This document shows, piece after piece, positions 16,501 to 24,888 of a stretch of DNA of 35,909 bases. The stretch is from Clostridia bacterium. Its GTDB lineage: Bacteria > Bacillota > Clostridia > Christensenellales > UBA1242. Position 1 is the stretch's first letter; each line of letters begins with the position of its first letter. The notes below the pieces were generated by a model, which saw only the letters and a list, made by a program, of their open reading frames with translations, was not told the origin of the DNA and ran no database searches. The stretch lies in the NCBI GenBank assembly GCA_017399515.1, contig JAFQBZ010000058.1, forward strand, positions 1 through 35,909, written 5' to 3'. The position numbers and the translations under genes were made by a program.

Positions 16501-17143
16501 AATTAAGAGAAAAATTAGCAGACTTGGAAATGTTAATCTTTCTGCGATTGAAGACATAAAACTCATTTCAGAGCGTTATGATGATATGTCTAAACAACGC
16601 GATGATTTAGAGAGAGCAAAAGCAGATTTAGAGTCTATCATTAAAGATTTAACAACAAGAATGGAAGAGAAATTTAAAGAGAGATTCAATCAAATTAGAG
16701 CGAACTTCCAAGTTATATTTAGAGAACTATTTGGCGGTGGAAGAGCAGATATCTGTCTTGATAATGAAAACAATGTTCTTGAGTGTGGCATTGACATCAT
16801 TGCAGAGCCACCAGGCAAAAAACTTCAAAACATCACACTCTTGTCAGGTGGTGAAAAGGCGCTCACAGCCGTTGCAATATTATTCTCAATTTTGAAACTT
16901 CGTCCAATGCCATTCTGCGTTCTCGATGAAATTGAAGCGGCACTTGATGATGCCAATGTTGAAAGATATGCAAAATATCTCCATCGTTATAGTGGTGACA
17001 CACAGTTCATTGTTATCACTCACAGAAAGCCAACAATGGAACTTGCCGATGCTCTTTATGGTGTAACCATGGAAGAAAAAGGTGTTTCAAAAGTTGTTTC
17101 TGTTAAACTTTCAGATGCTATCAAACTTGATAATGCACAGTAA
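13550..17143 (+). CDS. smc: Chromosome partition protein SMC
   Basis: Walker A GPNGCGKSN, long coiled coils, a hinge (...GRVTFLP...), signature LSGGEKALTAVA and Walker B FCVLDEIEAALD. 1197 aa. Confidence 0.97.
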   Translation: MNFEKIDIYGFKSFADKVEIKFESGITAIVGPNGCGKSNVADSIRFVMGESSAKSMRGSSMQDVIFNGTEKRKAQSYCEVSLFFNNKERMFASYDLDEIVLTRKLYKSGESEYLINKSTCRRKDIVDALREIGLGKESYSVIGQGKIDSILSAKPEDRRNVFEETAGISKFKEDKNQSENKLGRVNENLTRINDIIAELERQLGPLKTQAENARIFLDLSNRLKELEINIYVYQYDNSSVQKQKIYEVINAINEELALKQTELEQSMNEYDFMQNRIAELDETIGNLRDELLNLTVDLEKQNGEIKLYNEKISILKEQNEKMLAEIENGKFVAENQAKESEELNSKKEQLEELIKTLEHELKQCETSYSSTIEKLSLGETNAESLDSEFYSTLEQSGDIKSLLLKYQTELESLKTRQAELNSEKDELESNSREYDSRIETAEEEIEKQEEKQEKKQEEKLEIVEKINELNEEYAEISELIDEKKVEYHSGLSKLNVLSEMKEYNEGFAISVKRLLEQAQEGTSIGGKVIGAVASLMRVPSKYEVAIEMALGASVQNIVTKNEDDAKDLIAYLKNNKFGRVTFLPVTSVKERTISALVESKLSMKGVFGVASELIEFDKKYERVFNSLLGSTVIVDTTDNALEFSRATNYSSKVVTLEGDVFSPQGTLTGGSRKDNGIGLLSRDREIEELKVKLEKVKAEIDELTSKQESLKTKGTELSDEMSKIVDEIHNIEASKQKLEAIIDALENQKDDAEEELADLEISFTAILDKIDFVENQIAKITEEQQSVDSKKSKASENKKQASDTFAKLRGERDELFQKLGEIRINLETEKNNLKTTETDIERLLVATAQNEYKTKETMLEVQKNNQLIADYEQNVADIMATNAFSSSAKKVELVREKIATVVDDKKKCQAKMNEADANKMLLTGEIQRASDKKAKEENHIVKIDTELENLQNRVWEQYQMTYADAKAVVLDEFDIKAGGEEAAEIKRKISRLGNVNLSAIEDIKLISERYDDMSKQRDDLERAKADLESIIKDLTTRMEEKFKERFNQIRANFQVIFRELFGGGRADICLDNENNVLECGIDIIAEPPGKKLQNITLLSGGEKALTAVAILFSILKLRPMPFCVLDEIEAALDDANVERYAKYLHRYSGDTQFIVITHRKPTMELADALYGVTMEEKGVSKVVSVKLSDAIKLDNAQ

Positions 17144-17161
17144 AAACAAAAGAATAAAAAT

Positions 17162-17205
17162 CGCAAAATTGGTTAGTTTTTGATTAAAAATTAGCCAATT
17201 TTGTG
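17162..17205 (+). promoter_or_regulatory. Long (about 20 bp) RNA hairpin between smc and ftsY. It is not a canonical terminator
   Basis: cgcaaaattggttagtttt (17162-17181) pairs with aaaattagccaattttgtg (17186-17205) around the loop gatt. Three of the pairs are G-U, so the helix is intact only in the + strand transcript. No U-run follows it. Confidence 0.5.
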
Positions 17206-17241
17206 TAAAATAATGAAATTTTTGCAATAATTGGAGTAATT

Positions 17242-18141
17242 ATGGGATTTTTTTCAAGACTTGTTAACGGGTTGAAAAACACAAAAAAATCGTTTTCTGA
17301 AAAGATAAAATACATTTTCACAGGCAACGAAATTGATGAAGATTTTTTTGAAGAACTTGAATACATTTTAATTTCTGCAGACATTGGTGCAGTTACCGCT
17401 GAAGAAATTTTAGACGAACTTCGTGATAGAATTAAAGCACAAAAAATCAAAAAGACAGAAGACTCAAAAGAAATTTTAAAAGACATTTTGAAAGATATTT
17501 TGAAAGAAACTGAAGTGGAAGAATTTTCTTATCCACTTGCAATTATGATAGTTGGTGTTAATGGTGTTGGAAAAACAACCACAATTGGAAAGATTGCTCA
17601 AAAGTTTGCTTCAATGAAGAAAAAAGTTGTTATTGCTGGTGCAGACACATTCAGGGCTGCTGCTGGCGACCAACTTAAAGTTTGGGCAGACAGGGTTAAG
17701 GCAAAATATGTTTCTGGTGAGCAAGGTGCTGATGCATCTGCTGTTGTGTTTGATGCAATTTCTTCAGCAAAAGCAAAAGATGCTGATGTGCTTTTGATTG
17801 ACACTGCTGGAAGGCTTCACAACAAAGTTAACTTGATGGAAGAATTGAAAAAGATTGGCAAGGTTGTATCAAAAGAATGGCCAGAGGCTGAATATCATAA
17901 ACTTATTGTTATTGATGGCACAACTGGTCAAAACTCAAAAGAACAAGTTCGTTTGTTTGATGAAGCAGTGGGCTTAACTGACCTTTGTGTCACAAAACTT
18001 GATGGCACAAGCAAGGGTGGTTTTGTTATTGAACTTGCAAGAACTTATGATATTGCAATGAGATATATTGGTGTTGGTGAAACTGCCGAAGACCTTTTAG
18101 ATTTCGATGCTGATGAATTTGTTGAAGCCATTTTTGAATAA
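17242..18141 (+). CDS. ftsY: Signal recognition particle receptor FtsY
   Basis: GVNGVGKTTTIGK, DTAGRLHNK and TKLDGTSKGG. It is the short-A-domain form (299 aa). Confidence 0.95.
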   Translation: MGFFSRLVNGLKNTKKSFSEKIKYIFTGNEIDEDFFEELEYILISADIGAVTAEEILDELRDRIKAQKIKKTEDSKEILKDILKDILKETEVEEFSYPLAIMIVGVNGVGKTTTIGKIAQKFASMKKKVVIAGADTFRAAAGDQLKVWADRVKAKYVSGEQGADASAVVFDAISSAKAKDADVLLIDTAGRLHNKVNLMEELKKIGKVVSKEWPEAEYHKLIVIDGTTGQNSKEQVRLFDEAVGLTDLCVTKLDGTSKGGFVIELARTYDIAMRYIGVGETAEDLLDFDADEFVEAIFE

Positions 18142-18156
18142 AATAGGGGTTTACTT

Positions 18157-18837
18157 ATGAAAAAATTAAATAAAAGTTTAATCACAGGCATTGTGCTTTT
18201 TGTTGCGTTTGCAGTGTTCACGGTGTTAGTGAAAGTTGTTGATGTTGCAGCAGTTGGTCCACTTGGTTCTAAAGTTGGCTTTTCAAAAATGAATGATTCA
18301 ATTTTTAAAGGGATTGGAACAAGTGACACATGGTATAGCATTTCAGAAGTGTTTGGAATTTTTGCACTTATTGTTGCAGGCGTGTTTGTGATTGTTGGGC
18401 TTGTTCAACTTATTCGAAGAAAAAATTTAAAACTTGTTGATAATCACATTTTGGCACTTGGTGTGTTTTATGTGGTTGTTGCCATGGCATACATTTTCTT
18501 TGAAGTGCTTGTTATAAATCACAGACCTGTGCTTGCCCAAGGTGTGCTTGAAGCATCTTATCCGTCATCACATTCAATGCTTGCTGTTTGCATTTTAAGT
18601 TCGGCAATTATTGAATTTCATAAATTTTTTGATGGAAAGAAAAAACAACTTATTGCGCTAGACACAATCAGCATTGTTATTATGCTTGTGATTGTTATTG
18701 GCAGACTTTTATCAGGAATGCATTGGTTCACAGACATAATCGGTGGAATTTTGCTTTCACTTGCACTTGTGTTCCTTTACCACGGCATTCTTAAAATCAT
18801 TGAAAAGAAAATTGAAATGAAAAATAATAAAGCATAG
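18157..18837 (+). CDS. PAP2-superfamily membrane phosphatase
   Basis: The tripartite PAP2 motif is present as INHRP, YPSSHS and SGMHWFTDIIGG. There are about 6 TM segments. Confidence 0.75.
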   Translation: MKKLNKSLITGIVLFVAFAVFTVLVKVVDVAAVGPLGSKVGFSKMNDSIFKGIGTSDTWYSISEVFGIFALIVAGVFVIVGLVQLIRRKNLKLVDNHILALGVFYVVVAMAYIFFEVLVINHRPVLAQGVLEASYPSSHSMLAVCILSSAIIEFHKFFDGKKKQLIALDTISIVIMLVIVIGRLLSGMHWFTDIIGGILLSLALVFLYHGILKIIEKKIEMKNNKA

Positions 18838-18857
18838 AGTCAATCTCTATGTTTTTT
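18833..18857 (+). terminator. Rho-independent terminator after the PAP2 gene
   Basis: catagag (18833-18839) pairs with ctctatg (18845-18851), followed by TTTTTT. The stop codon lies inside the 5' arm. Confidence 0.65.
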
Positions 18858-18886
18858 ATTAAAATAAAAATCATCATACAAAACTA

Positions 18887-18915
18887 TTGACAATTAAAAT
18901 AAAATGTTTTATACT
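18887..18915 (+). promoter_or_regulatory. Sigma-A-like promoter for ylxM-ffh-rpsP
   Basis: TTGACA (18887-18892), 17-nt spacer, TATACT (18910-18915). Confidence 0.6.
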
Positions 18916-18952
18916 ATGTAAAGTAAAAATGCTTTACAAAGGAAAACTTGGT

Positions 18953-19288
18953 ATGCAGTTTGAAGAATTTTACGAATACACTATTTTATTTGATATCTAT
19001 GGCAATTTGCTTTCAAACAAGCAAAGAGATGTTATGGAGAAGTTTTTGAACCTTGACCTTGGCGAAAGCGAACTTGCTGAACTTCTCGGCGATTCAAGGC
19101 AGGCTGTGCATGATGCCATTGCCAAAGCGAAAAAACAACTCATTCAAATGGAAGACAAGTGTCATATCGCTGAAAATCTTTTTAAGGCAAAACAAGAACT
19201 TTCCAAAGCAAAGTCATTTTTGATAGAAACTGATGAAAATCAAAAGAAGTCAATAGATATTATTGATGATGTTATAAACCTAATATAA
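18953..19288 (+). CDS. ylxM: YlxM/UPF0122 putative helix-turn-helix protein (SRP-associated)
   Basis: YEYTILFDIYGNLLSNKQRDVMEKFLNLDLGESELAELLGDSRQAVHDAIAKAKKQL is sigma-70 region-4-like. It lies immediately upstream of ffh, as in Bacillus. I trimmed the track start (18887) to ATG 18953 because 18887-18915 reads as the promoter. Confidence 0.8.
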   Translation: MQFEEFYEYTILFDIYGNLLSNKQRDVMEKFLNLDLGESELAELLGDSRQAVHDAIAKAKKQLIQMEDKCHIAENLFKAKQELSKAKSFLIETDENQKKSIDIIDDVINLI

Positions 19289-19300
19289 AGGAGAATACTA

Positions 19301-20629
19301 GTGAGTTTATTTGAGGCATTAGGTGATAGACTTAATCACATATTTTCAAAGTTGACAAAGCACGGCAAACTTACCGAACTTGAAATTAAGCAAGCAATGC
19401 GTGAAGTTAGAATTGCGCTTCTTGAAGCCGATGTTAACTTTTTGGTTGCAAAAGATTTTATTAATAAAGTTTCTGAAAAGGCTGTTGGCGAAGCAATTTT
19501 AAACAGTTTGACTCCTGGTCAACAAGTTATCAAGATTGTTCGTGATGAACTTGTGAGCCTTATGGGTGAAACAAATGCCAAACTTGAAGTGTCTGATGCA
19601 CCACCAACTGTTATTATGATGTGTGGTCTTCAAGGTGCAGGTAAAACCACAATGTGTGGCAAACTTGGTTTTATGCTTAAAAAACAAGGCAAAAAACCTA
19701 TGCTTGTTGCGTGTGATGTTTACAGACCTGCGGCAATTGGTCAACTTAAAATCGGCGCAGCAAATGCTGGTGTTGATTTCTTCGAAAAAGGCACAGGAAA
19801 CCCTGTGAAAATTGCTGAAGCGGCAATCGAACAAGCAAAGCGTATGGGTAATGACACTGTTATTATCGATACTGCTGGTCGTCTTCAAATTAATGACGAA
19901 CTTATGAAAGAACTTGAAAACATCAAGAAGGCTGTTAATCCAACTGAAATTTTGCTCACAATTGATGCAATGACAGGTCAAGAATCAGTCAATGTTGCAA
20001 AAGAGTTTAATGACAGACTTGAAATTTCAGGTGTGCTTGTTACTAAACTTGATGGTGACACTCGTGGTGGTGTTGCACTTTCAGTTAAGGCTGTGACCGG
20101 CAAGCCAATCAAGTTTTGCGGTGTTGGTGAAAAGATTGGTGATATTGAACCATTCCACCCAGACCGTATGGCTTCAAGAATTCTTGGTATGGGTGATGTG
20201 CTTACACTTATTGACAAAGCCCAAGCAAGTGTTGATGAAGCAGAAATGAAAAAGGTTGAAGAAAACATTAGAAAGAACACTTTTTCATTTGAAGATTTCT
20301 TGATTCAATTTGAACAAATTTCAAAAATGGGAAATCTTGCAGATTTGATTAGTATGATTCCTGGTGCTGGAAGCAAGTTTAAGGTTGGTGATGTTGATGA
20401 AACCAAACTTAAAAAATATAAGGCAATCATTCAATCAATGACCAAAAAAGAAAGGCTTAACCCTGATTTAATCAAGGCAGGCAACAAAAAGAGAATTGCG
20501 CAAGGCAGTGCAACCACAATTCAAGATGTGAATTCACTTATCAAGCAATTCGAACAAACAAAGCAAATGATGAAGGGAATGAATAACGGAAAACTTCAAA
20601 AGTTGCTTGGAAGAAAATTTAATTTTTAA
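19301..20629 (+). CDS. ffh: Signal recognition particle protein Ffh
   Basis: GLQGAGKTT, DTAGRLQ, TKLDGDTRGG and a Met-rich M domain. GTG start with RBS AAGGAGA. Confidence 0.96.
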   Translation: MSLFEALGDRLNHIFSKLTKHGKLTELEIKQAMREVRIALLEADVNFLVAKDFINKVSEKAVGEAILNSLTPGQQVIKIVRDELVSLMGETNAKLEVSDAPPTVIMMCGLQGAGKTTMCGKLGFMLKKQGKKPMLVACDVYRPAAIGQLKIGAANAGVDFFEKGTGNPVKIAEAAIEQAKRMGNDTVIIDTAGRLQINDELMKELENIKKAVNPTEILLTIDAMTGQESVNVAKEFNDRLEISGVLVTKLDGDTRGGVALSVKAVTGKPIKFCGVGEKIGDIEPFHPDRMASRILGMGDVLTLIDKAQASVDEAEMKKVEENIRKNTFSFEDFLIQFEQISKMGNLADLISMIPGAGSKFKVGDVDETKLKKYKAIIQSMTKKERLNPDLIKAGNKKRIAQGSATTIQDVNSLIKQFEQTKQMMKGMNNGKLQKLLGRKFNF

Positions 20630-20692
20630 AGGCATATTTCAGCGAAGTCGCTGTGTATGATATATCAAAATAAACAATCGGAGGAATAAAAA

Positions 20693-20956
20693 ATGGCAGT
20701 TAAAATGAGACTTACAAGAATGGGTGATAAAAAGGCTCCTTTTTATCGTGTTGTTGTTGCTGATTCAAGAGTTGCAAGAGATGCAAAATATATTGATTTA
20801 ATCGGAACATACAATCCATTAACAAACCCTGCAGAAGTTAAAATCGATGCAGAAAAGGCTAAAACTTGGATTAAAAATGGTGCACAACCAACAGATACAG
20901 TTAAAGCACTTTTAGTTAAAGAAGGCATTGTTGAATCTGATAAAAAATCTAAATAA
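20693..20956 (+). CDS. rpsP: 30S ribosomal protein S16
   Basis: [42 protein letters not shown]. Confidence 0.96.
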   Translation: MAVKMRLTRMGDKKAPFYRVVVADSRVARDAKYIDLIGTYNPLTNPAEVKIDAEKAKTWIKNGAQPTDTVKALLVKEGIVESDKKSK

Positions 20957-20970
20957 TTCAGGTGACGCTT

Positions 20971-21201
20971 ATGAAAGAGTTAGTTGAATTTATGGTTAAA
21001 AATCTTGTTGCAAACCCAGACGCAGTTGAAGTTAGTGAACAAGAAAAAGAAAGAGAAACTGTTTATGTTGTTAAAATTGCTGAAGAAGATTTCGGCAGAA
21101 TTATTGGAAGAAGTGGAAAAGTTGCAACAGCAATTAGAACAGTTGTTAAAACTTCTGCAAAAAAGAACAACAAAAGAGTTTTTGTTAAATTTGAAAAATA
21201 A
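20971..21201 (+). CDS. KH-domain RNA-binding protein (YlqC/UPF0109 family)
   Basis: The GxxG KH motif IIGRSGKVATAIRTV is present. The gene follows rpsP. ATG 20971 is preferred (AGGTGA RBS) over GTG 20962. Confidence 0.85.
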   Translation: MKELVEFMVKNLVANPDAVEVSEQEKERETVYVVKIAEEDFGRIIGRSGKVATAIRTVVKTSAKKNNKRVFVKFEK

Positions 21202-21222
21202 GGCATTTGCCTTATTTTTTTT
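21198..21222 (+). terminator. Rho-independent terminator after the KH-protein gene
   Basis: ataaggc (21198-21204) pairs with gccttat (21209-21215), followed by a T-run to 21222. Confidence 0.7.
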
Positions 21223-21234
21223 ATTCTAAAAACA

Positions 21235-21263
21235 TTGATAAAATTTGGTGGGTGTGATATATT
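21235..21263 (+). promoter_or_regulatory. Sigma-A-like promoter for aspS
   Basis: TTGATA (21235-21240), 17-nt spacer ending in TGa, TATATT (21258-21263). Confidence 0.55.
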
Positions 21264-21294
21264 TTATATGTAAATTTTAAAAAGGACTTATTTT

Positions 21295-23031
21295 ATGGAA
21301 AAAATTGCTGTTAATAAATATAGAACCGTTGATAATGGAAGTTTAAGAATTGAAGATGCAGGCAAAACTGTTAAACTTGCTGGTTGGGTTGACACCATTA
21401 GAAATTTTGGCGAACTCACATTTGTTGTTCTTCGTGATACTTATGGCAAAACTCAAGTTGTTTTAAACAAAGAGTTTATTGCGCTTTCAAAAGAAGATGT
21501 TATTTCTGTTGAAGGAAAAGTTGTTGAGCGTGAAAGCAAAAATAAAAATATGCCAACAGGTGACATTGAAGTTGTTGCTGAATCAATCGTGATGCTTGGC
21601 AAATGCTCAAAAGAACTTCCTTTTGAAATTAAAAATAGTGAAAAGGTTGCAGAAGATATAAGACTTAAATATAGATACCTTGACCTTCGTGCAGACTATA
21701 ACCAAAAAATGCTCAAACTTCGCAGTGATTTGCTTTTGTTTGTTAGAAACTATATGAACGAACAAAACTTTGTTGAAGTGCAAACTCCAATCCTCACTGC
21801 TTCAAGCCCAGAAGGTGCAAGAGATTTCTTGGTTCCATCAAGACTCAATCCAGGAAAGTTCTATGCGCTTCCACAAGCACCACAACAATTTAAACAACTT
21901 TTGATGGTGTCTGGAATTGATAGATATTTCCAAATTGCTCCATGTTTTAGAGATGAAGATGCTCGTGCTGACAGAAGCCCAACAGAGTTCTATCAAATTG
22001 ATATGGAAATGGCTTTTGCAACACAAGAAGATGTTTTTGAAGTTATTGAAGGGCTTTACTCTGCAATTTTCAAAAAGTTTGCAAATTTTGAAATTAGCGA
22101 ATTTAAGAGAATTAAATATGCTGATGCAATCCGTGATTATTGCACAGATAAACCAGACCTTCGTAACCCACTTAAAGTTGTTGATGTTTCAAATGTTTTT
22201 AGAAACACTGAATTTAGTGTGTTTAAAAACACAACAATCAAAGCAATCAAAGCGGCAACAGGTGGTGCAAAACCAAGAAAGTGGTATGACAAACTCACTG
22301 ATTTCTTGAAATCAAGAGAAGCAAAAGGTCTTGCATATTTTGTTGTCGGTGAAAATGATGAACTTTCTGCTGGTGTTTCTAAATTTGTGACAGAAGAAGA
22401 AAAAGCAGAACTTAAAAAACTTGTTGGTTTTGAAACAGGGGATACAGTTTTCTTTATTGCTGACGAAGAAGAAAGAGCAATCAAGTTTACAAATGTTCTT
22501 CGCAACGAACTTGGAAAAGAACTTGAACTTATTGATGAAAATGACTATAAATTCTGCTGGATTGTTGACTTTCCATTCTTTGAGAAAGATGATGAAGGAA
22601 ATATTGCTTTCTCACACAATCCATTCTCACTTCCACAAAGTCCACTTGAAGAAATTAAGAAAGACCCATTTGGCACACTTGCTTATCAATATGACCTTGT
22701 TATTAATGGTTATGAAAGTTTGTCTGGTGCGGTTCGTAACCACAATCAAGATATGATGGTTGAACTTTTCAAACTTGCAGGCTATGGCAAAGAAGTTGTT
22801 GAAAACAAATTCCCAGCACTTTACAATGCGTTCTCTTATGGTGCACCTCCTCACGCAGGTTCTGCTCCTGGTTTTGACAGACTTATGATGCTCTTAACTC
22901 ATAATGAATTTATTCGTGATGTTTACGCATTCCCAATGAACAAGAATGCTCAAGACCCACTTTGCAACGCTCCAAACACTGTTGATGAAAAGTTGCTTCG
23001 TGATGTTCACATTAAACTTATTGAAGAATAA
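21295..23031 (+). CDS. aspS: Aspartyl-tRNA synthetase (bacterial type with GAD insertion domain)
   Basis: OB-fold N-terminus, class II motif 2 FRDEDARADRSPTEFYQIDMEM and motif 3 GSAPGFDRLMMLL. 578 aa. Confidence 0.93.
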   Translation: MEKIAVNKYRTVDNGSLRIEDAGKTVKLAGWVDTIRNFGELTFVVLRDTYGKTQVVLNKEFIALSKEDVISVEGKVVERESKNKNMPTGDIEVVAESIVMLGKCSKELPFEIKNSEKVAEDIRLKYRYLDLRADYNQKMLKLRSDLLLFVRNYMNEQNFVEVQTPILTASSPEGARDFLVPSRLNPGKFYALPQAPQQFKQLLMVSGIDRYFQIAPCFRDEDARADRSPTEFYQIDMEMAFATQEDVFEVIEGLYSAIFKKFANFEISEFKRIKYADAIRDYCTDKPDLRNPLKVVDVSNVFRNTEFSVFKNTTIKAIKAATGGAKPRKWYDKLTDFLKSREAKGLAYFVVGENDELSAGVSKFVTEEEKAELKKLVGFETGDTVFFIADEEERAIKFTNVLRNELGKELELIDENDYKFCWIVDFPFFEKDDEGNIAFSHNPFSLPQSPLEEIKKDPFGTLAYQYDLVINGYESLSGAVRNHNQDMMVELFKLAGYGKEVVENKFPALYNAFSYGAPPHAGSAPGFDRLMMLLTHNEFIRDVYAFPMNKNAQDPLCNAPNTVDEKLLRDVHIKLIEE

Positions 23032-23040
23032 TAAACAATA

Positions 23041-23075
23041 AAACACTTCCTTAAAAAACGGGAAGTGTTTTTGTT
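23041..23075 (+). terminator. Rho-independent terminator after aspS
   Basis: aaacacttcc (23041-23050) pairs with ggaagtgttt (23061-23070), followed by a T-rich tail. Confidence 0.7.
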
Positions 23076-23132
23076 TGAAAATAATTGTTTACATAGTGAT
23101 TTTGTGATACAATTAAAATGTAGGAGAATGTA

Positions 23133-23696
23133 ATGGAATATATTATTTCGCAAGTGTTTGTATGTTTAACATACATAATGTTAGGTATAACTTATTTAAC
23201 TACAAAAAGAACAAATATCCTTATTTTCAGTTTAATTGCACTCGTTTGCAATGGTGTGCATTACACACTTCTTGGTGCTTGGGCTGGGCTTGGGGTTGTG
23301 CTCATTGCTGTTTTAAGAAATGTGTTGTTTTTAATTCAACAAAGAATAAAGGCATTAGATAAATATATTTTAGATGATTGGCTGATTTTAATTGTGCTTA
23401 TGATTGTTTCGGTGATTACTGCGGTGTTTACTTATGATACAGTGTTTAGTTTATTTTCTATTGCTGGTTCTATTATTTACACAATTTCTGTATGGCAAAA
23501 AAATATCAAAGCATATAGAATTTTAGGGCTTATTTCTAGCGCCATGAGTTTGGTTTATTTTGTTTTTATTGGTTCAATATTTGCAATTATTTTAGAAAGT
23601 ATAATGTTTATATTTATGCTTGTTGCAACAATAATGTTTTTTAAAAAAGAAAGAAATAAAAATTTAAAAACTGAAGAAGTTATTGAGGGTGTATAA
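23133..23696 (+). CDS. YgjV-family inner membrane protein
   Basis: About 6 TM segments. NGVHYTLLGAWAGLGVVLIAVLRNVLF resembles the E. coli YgjV segment GVHFFLLGTWPAG...NAVRT (recalled). The stop overlaps the rimM ATG by 1 nt. Confidence 0.6.
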   Translation: MEYIISQVFVCLTYIMLGITYLTTKRTNILIFSLIALVCNGVHYTLLGAWAGLGVVLIAVLRNVLFLIQQRIKALDKYILDDWLILIVLMIVSVITAVFTYDTVFSLFSIAGSIIYTISVWQKNIKAYRILGLISSAMSLVYFVFIGSIFAIILESIMFIFMLVATIMFFKKERNKNLKTEEVIEGV

Positions 23697-24193
23697 TGGA
23701 AAAAATTTGTCTTGGAAAAGTTGTTAAACTTCATGGATATCTTGGTCAAATGAAAGTTCAAACTGAATATGATAAAGATTTTGATGTAAATCAAATTAAA
23801 GAAATTGCGAATGAAAAAGATGAGATTTTTAAAGTTTCAAGAATATTTAAAAACACTGATGGTGTTGTTGTGAAACTTGAAGGTGTTGAACTTGAAGATG
23901 CAAAAACATATATTGGCAAAATGCTTTATATTGACAGAAGTGTTATGGGTGATAAAATTTTGTTTGAAGACCTTAAAGGTTCAACAGTGTTTTTTGAAGA
24001 TGAAACAGAATTTGGAAAAATCACTGATGTTCAAGATTATGGAAGTGCAGAAGTTATCACTTGCATGATGAAAAACGGCAGAGAAATTATGTTTCCAAAT
24101 GTTAAAGATTTGATTGTTAATTTTGATTATAAACAAAAGAAAATGGTTATTAATTTAAAACGATTAAAGGAAGTTTCAGATTATGAGAATTGA
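23696..24193 (+). CDS. rimM: Ribosome maturation factor RimM
   Basis: LGKVVKLHGYLGQMKV, PRC-barrel C-terminal half, position upstream of trmD. Confidence 0.88.
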   Translation: MEKICLGKVVKLHGYLGQMKVQTEYDKDFDVNQIKEIANEKDEIFKVSRIFKNTDGVVVKLEGVELEDAKTYIGKMLYIDRSVMGDKILFEDLKGSTVFFEDETEFGKITDVQDYGSAEVITCMMKNGREIMFPNVKDLIVNFDYKQKKMVINLKRLKEVSDYEN

Positions 24194-24860
24194 TGTTTTA
24201 ACGCTCTTTCCAAATATGTTTGAACCGCTTAAAGAAAGCATTATTTCAAGAGCAACAAAAACGCAAAAAATTGATATTAATGTGATAAATATACGCGATT
24301 TTTCGAAAGATAAGCATAAAAAATGCGATGATTACACATTTGGTGGTGGTCCTGGAATGCTCATGATGGCACAGCCAATTTATGATGCAATCACCAGCAT
24401 TGAAGGGTATAAAGATGCACTCAAAATTTATTTAAGCCCAAAGGGAAAAGTGTTTAATCAATCAGAATCGAAAAGATTATCAAAATATAACCATTTAATT
24501 TTGCTTTGTGGTCATTATGAAGGTGTTGACCAAAGAGTGATTGATCTCTTGATTGATGAAGAAATTTCTATTGGTGATTATGTTTTAACCGGTGGAGAAC
24601 TTCCTGCAATGGTTTTGATTGATTCAGTTTCAAGACTTATTGATGGTGTGCTTGGTGGTGATGAATCTGCAGAGATTGAAACTTTTAAAGATAACTTACT
24701 TGAATATCCACAATACACAAAGCCTCGTGAGTTTATGGGAATTTCAGTTCCTGAAGTTTTGATTTCAGGTGACCATGCAAAGGTTGATAAATGGAGAAGA
24801 GAACAAGCCGAAAAACTTACAAAAGAAAGACGCCCAGATTTGCTTGATAAAAACAAATAA
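24183..24860 (+). CDS. trmD: tRNA (guanine37-N1)-methyltransferase TrmD
   Basis: MRIDVLTLFPNMFEP, DDYTFGGGPGMLM, LLCGHYEGVDQRV, SIGDYVLTGGELPAMVLIDS and GDHAKVDKWRR. Confidence 0.96.
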   Translation: MRIDVLTLFPNMFEPLKESIISRATKTQKIDINVINIRDFSKDKHKKCDDYTFGGGPGMLMMAQPIYDAITSIEGYKDALKIYLSPKGKVFNQSESKRLSKYNHLILLCGHYEGVDQRVIDLLIDEEISIGDYVLTGGELPAMVLIDSVSRLIDGVLGGDESAEIETFKDNLLEYPQYTKPREFMGISVPEVLISGDHAKVDKWRREQAEKLTKERRPDLLDKNK

Positions 24861-24888
24861 TTATAATTACATAACTAAAGGATAAATT

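Noticed and set aside
17467-17508. Imperfect 12-nt x 3.5 tandem repeat in ftsY (KEIL-KDIL-KDIL-KE)
   Set aside because: It is in-frame and lies in the variable linker before the NG domain. It is ordinary slippage-type variation with no sign of phase variation.
18887-18952. 5' extension of the ylxM ORF in the track (MTIKIKCFILCKVKMLYKGKLG...)
   Set aside because: This stretch reads as a consensus TTGACA-17-TATACT promoter plus an RBS. The conserved YlxM sequence begins at ATG 18953.
19499-19981. 160-aa antisense ORF inside ffh, and a 100-aa one at 19978-20280
   Set aside because: They are embedded opposite a highly conserved gene. Their composition is Cys/Phe/Asn-rich with no start context. 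This is a typical AT-rich antisense artefact.
21202-21294. T-box leader upstream of aspS (also looked for one upstream of metG at 958-1325)
   Set aside because: The spacer is only about 30 nt from the predicted -10 to the RBS. There is no T-box consensus and no terminator/antiterminator pair.
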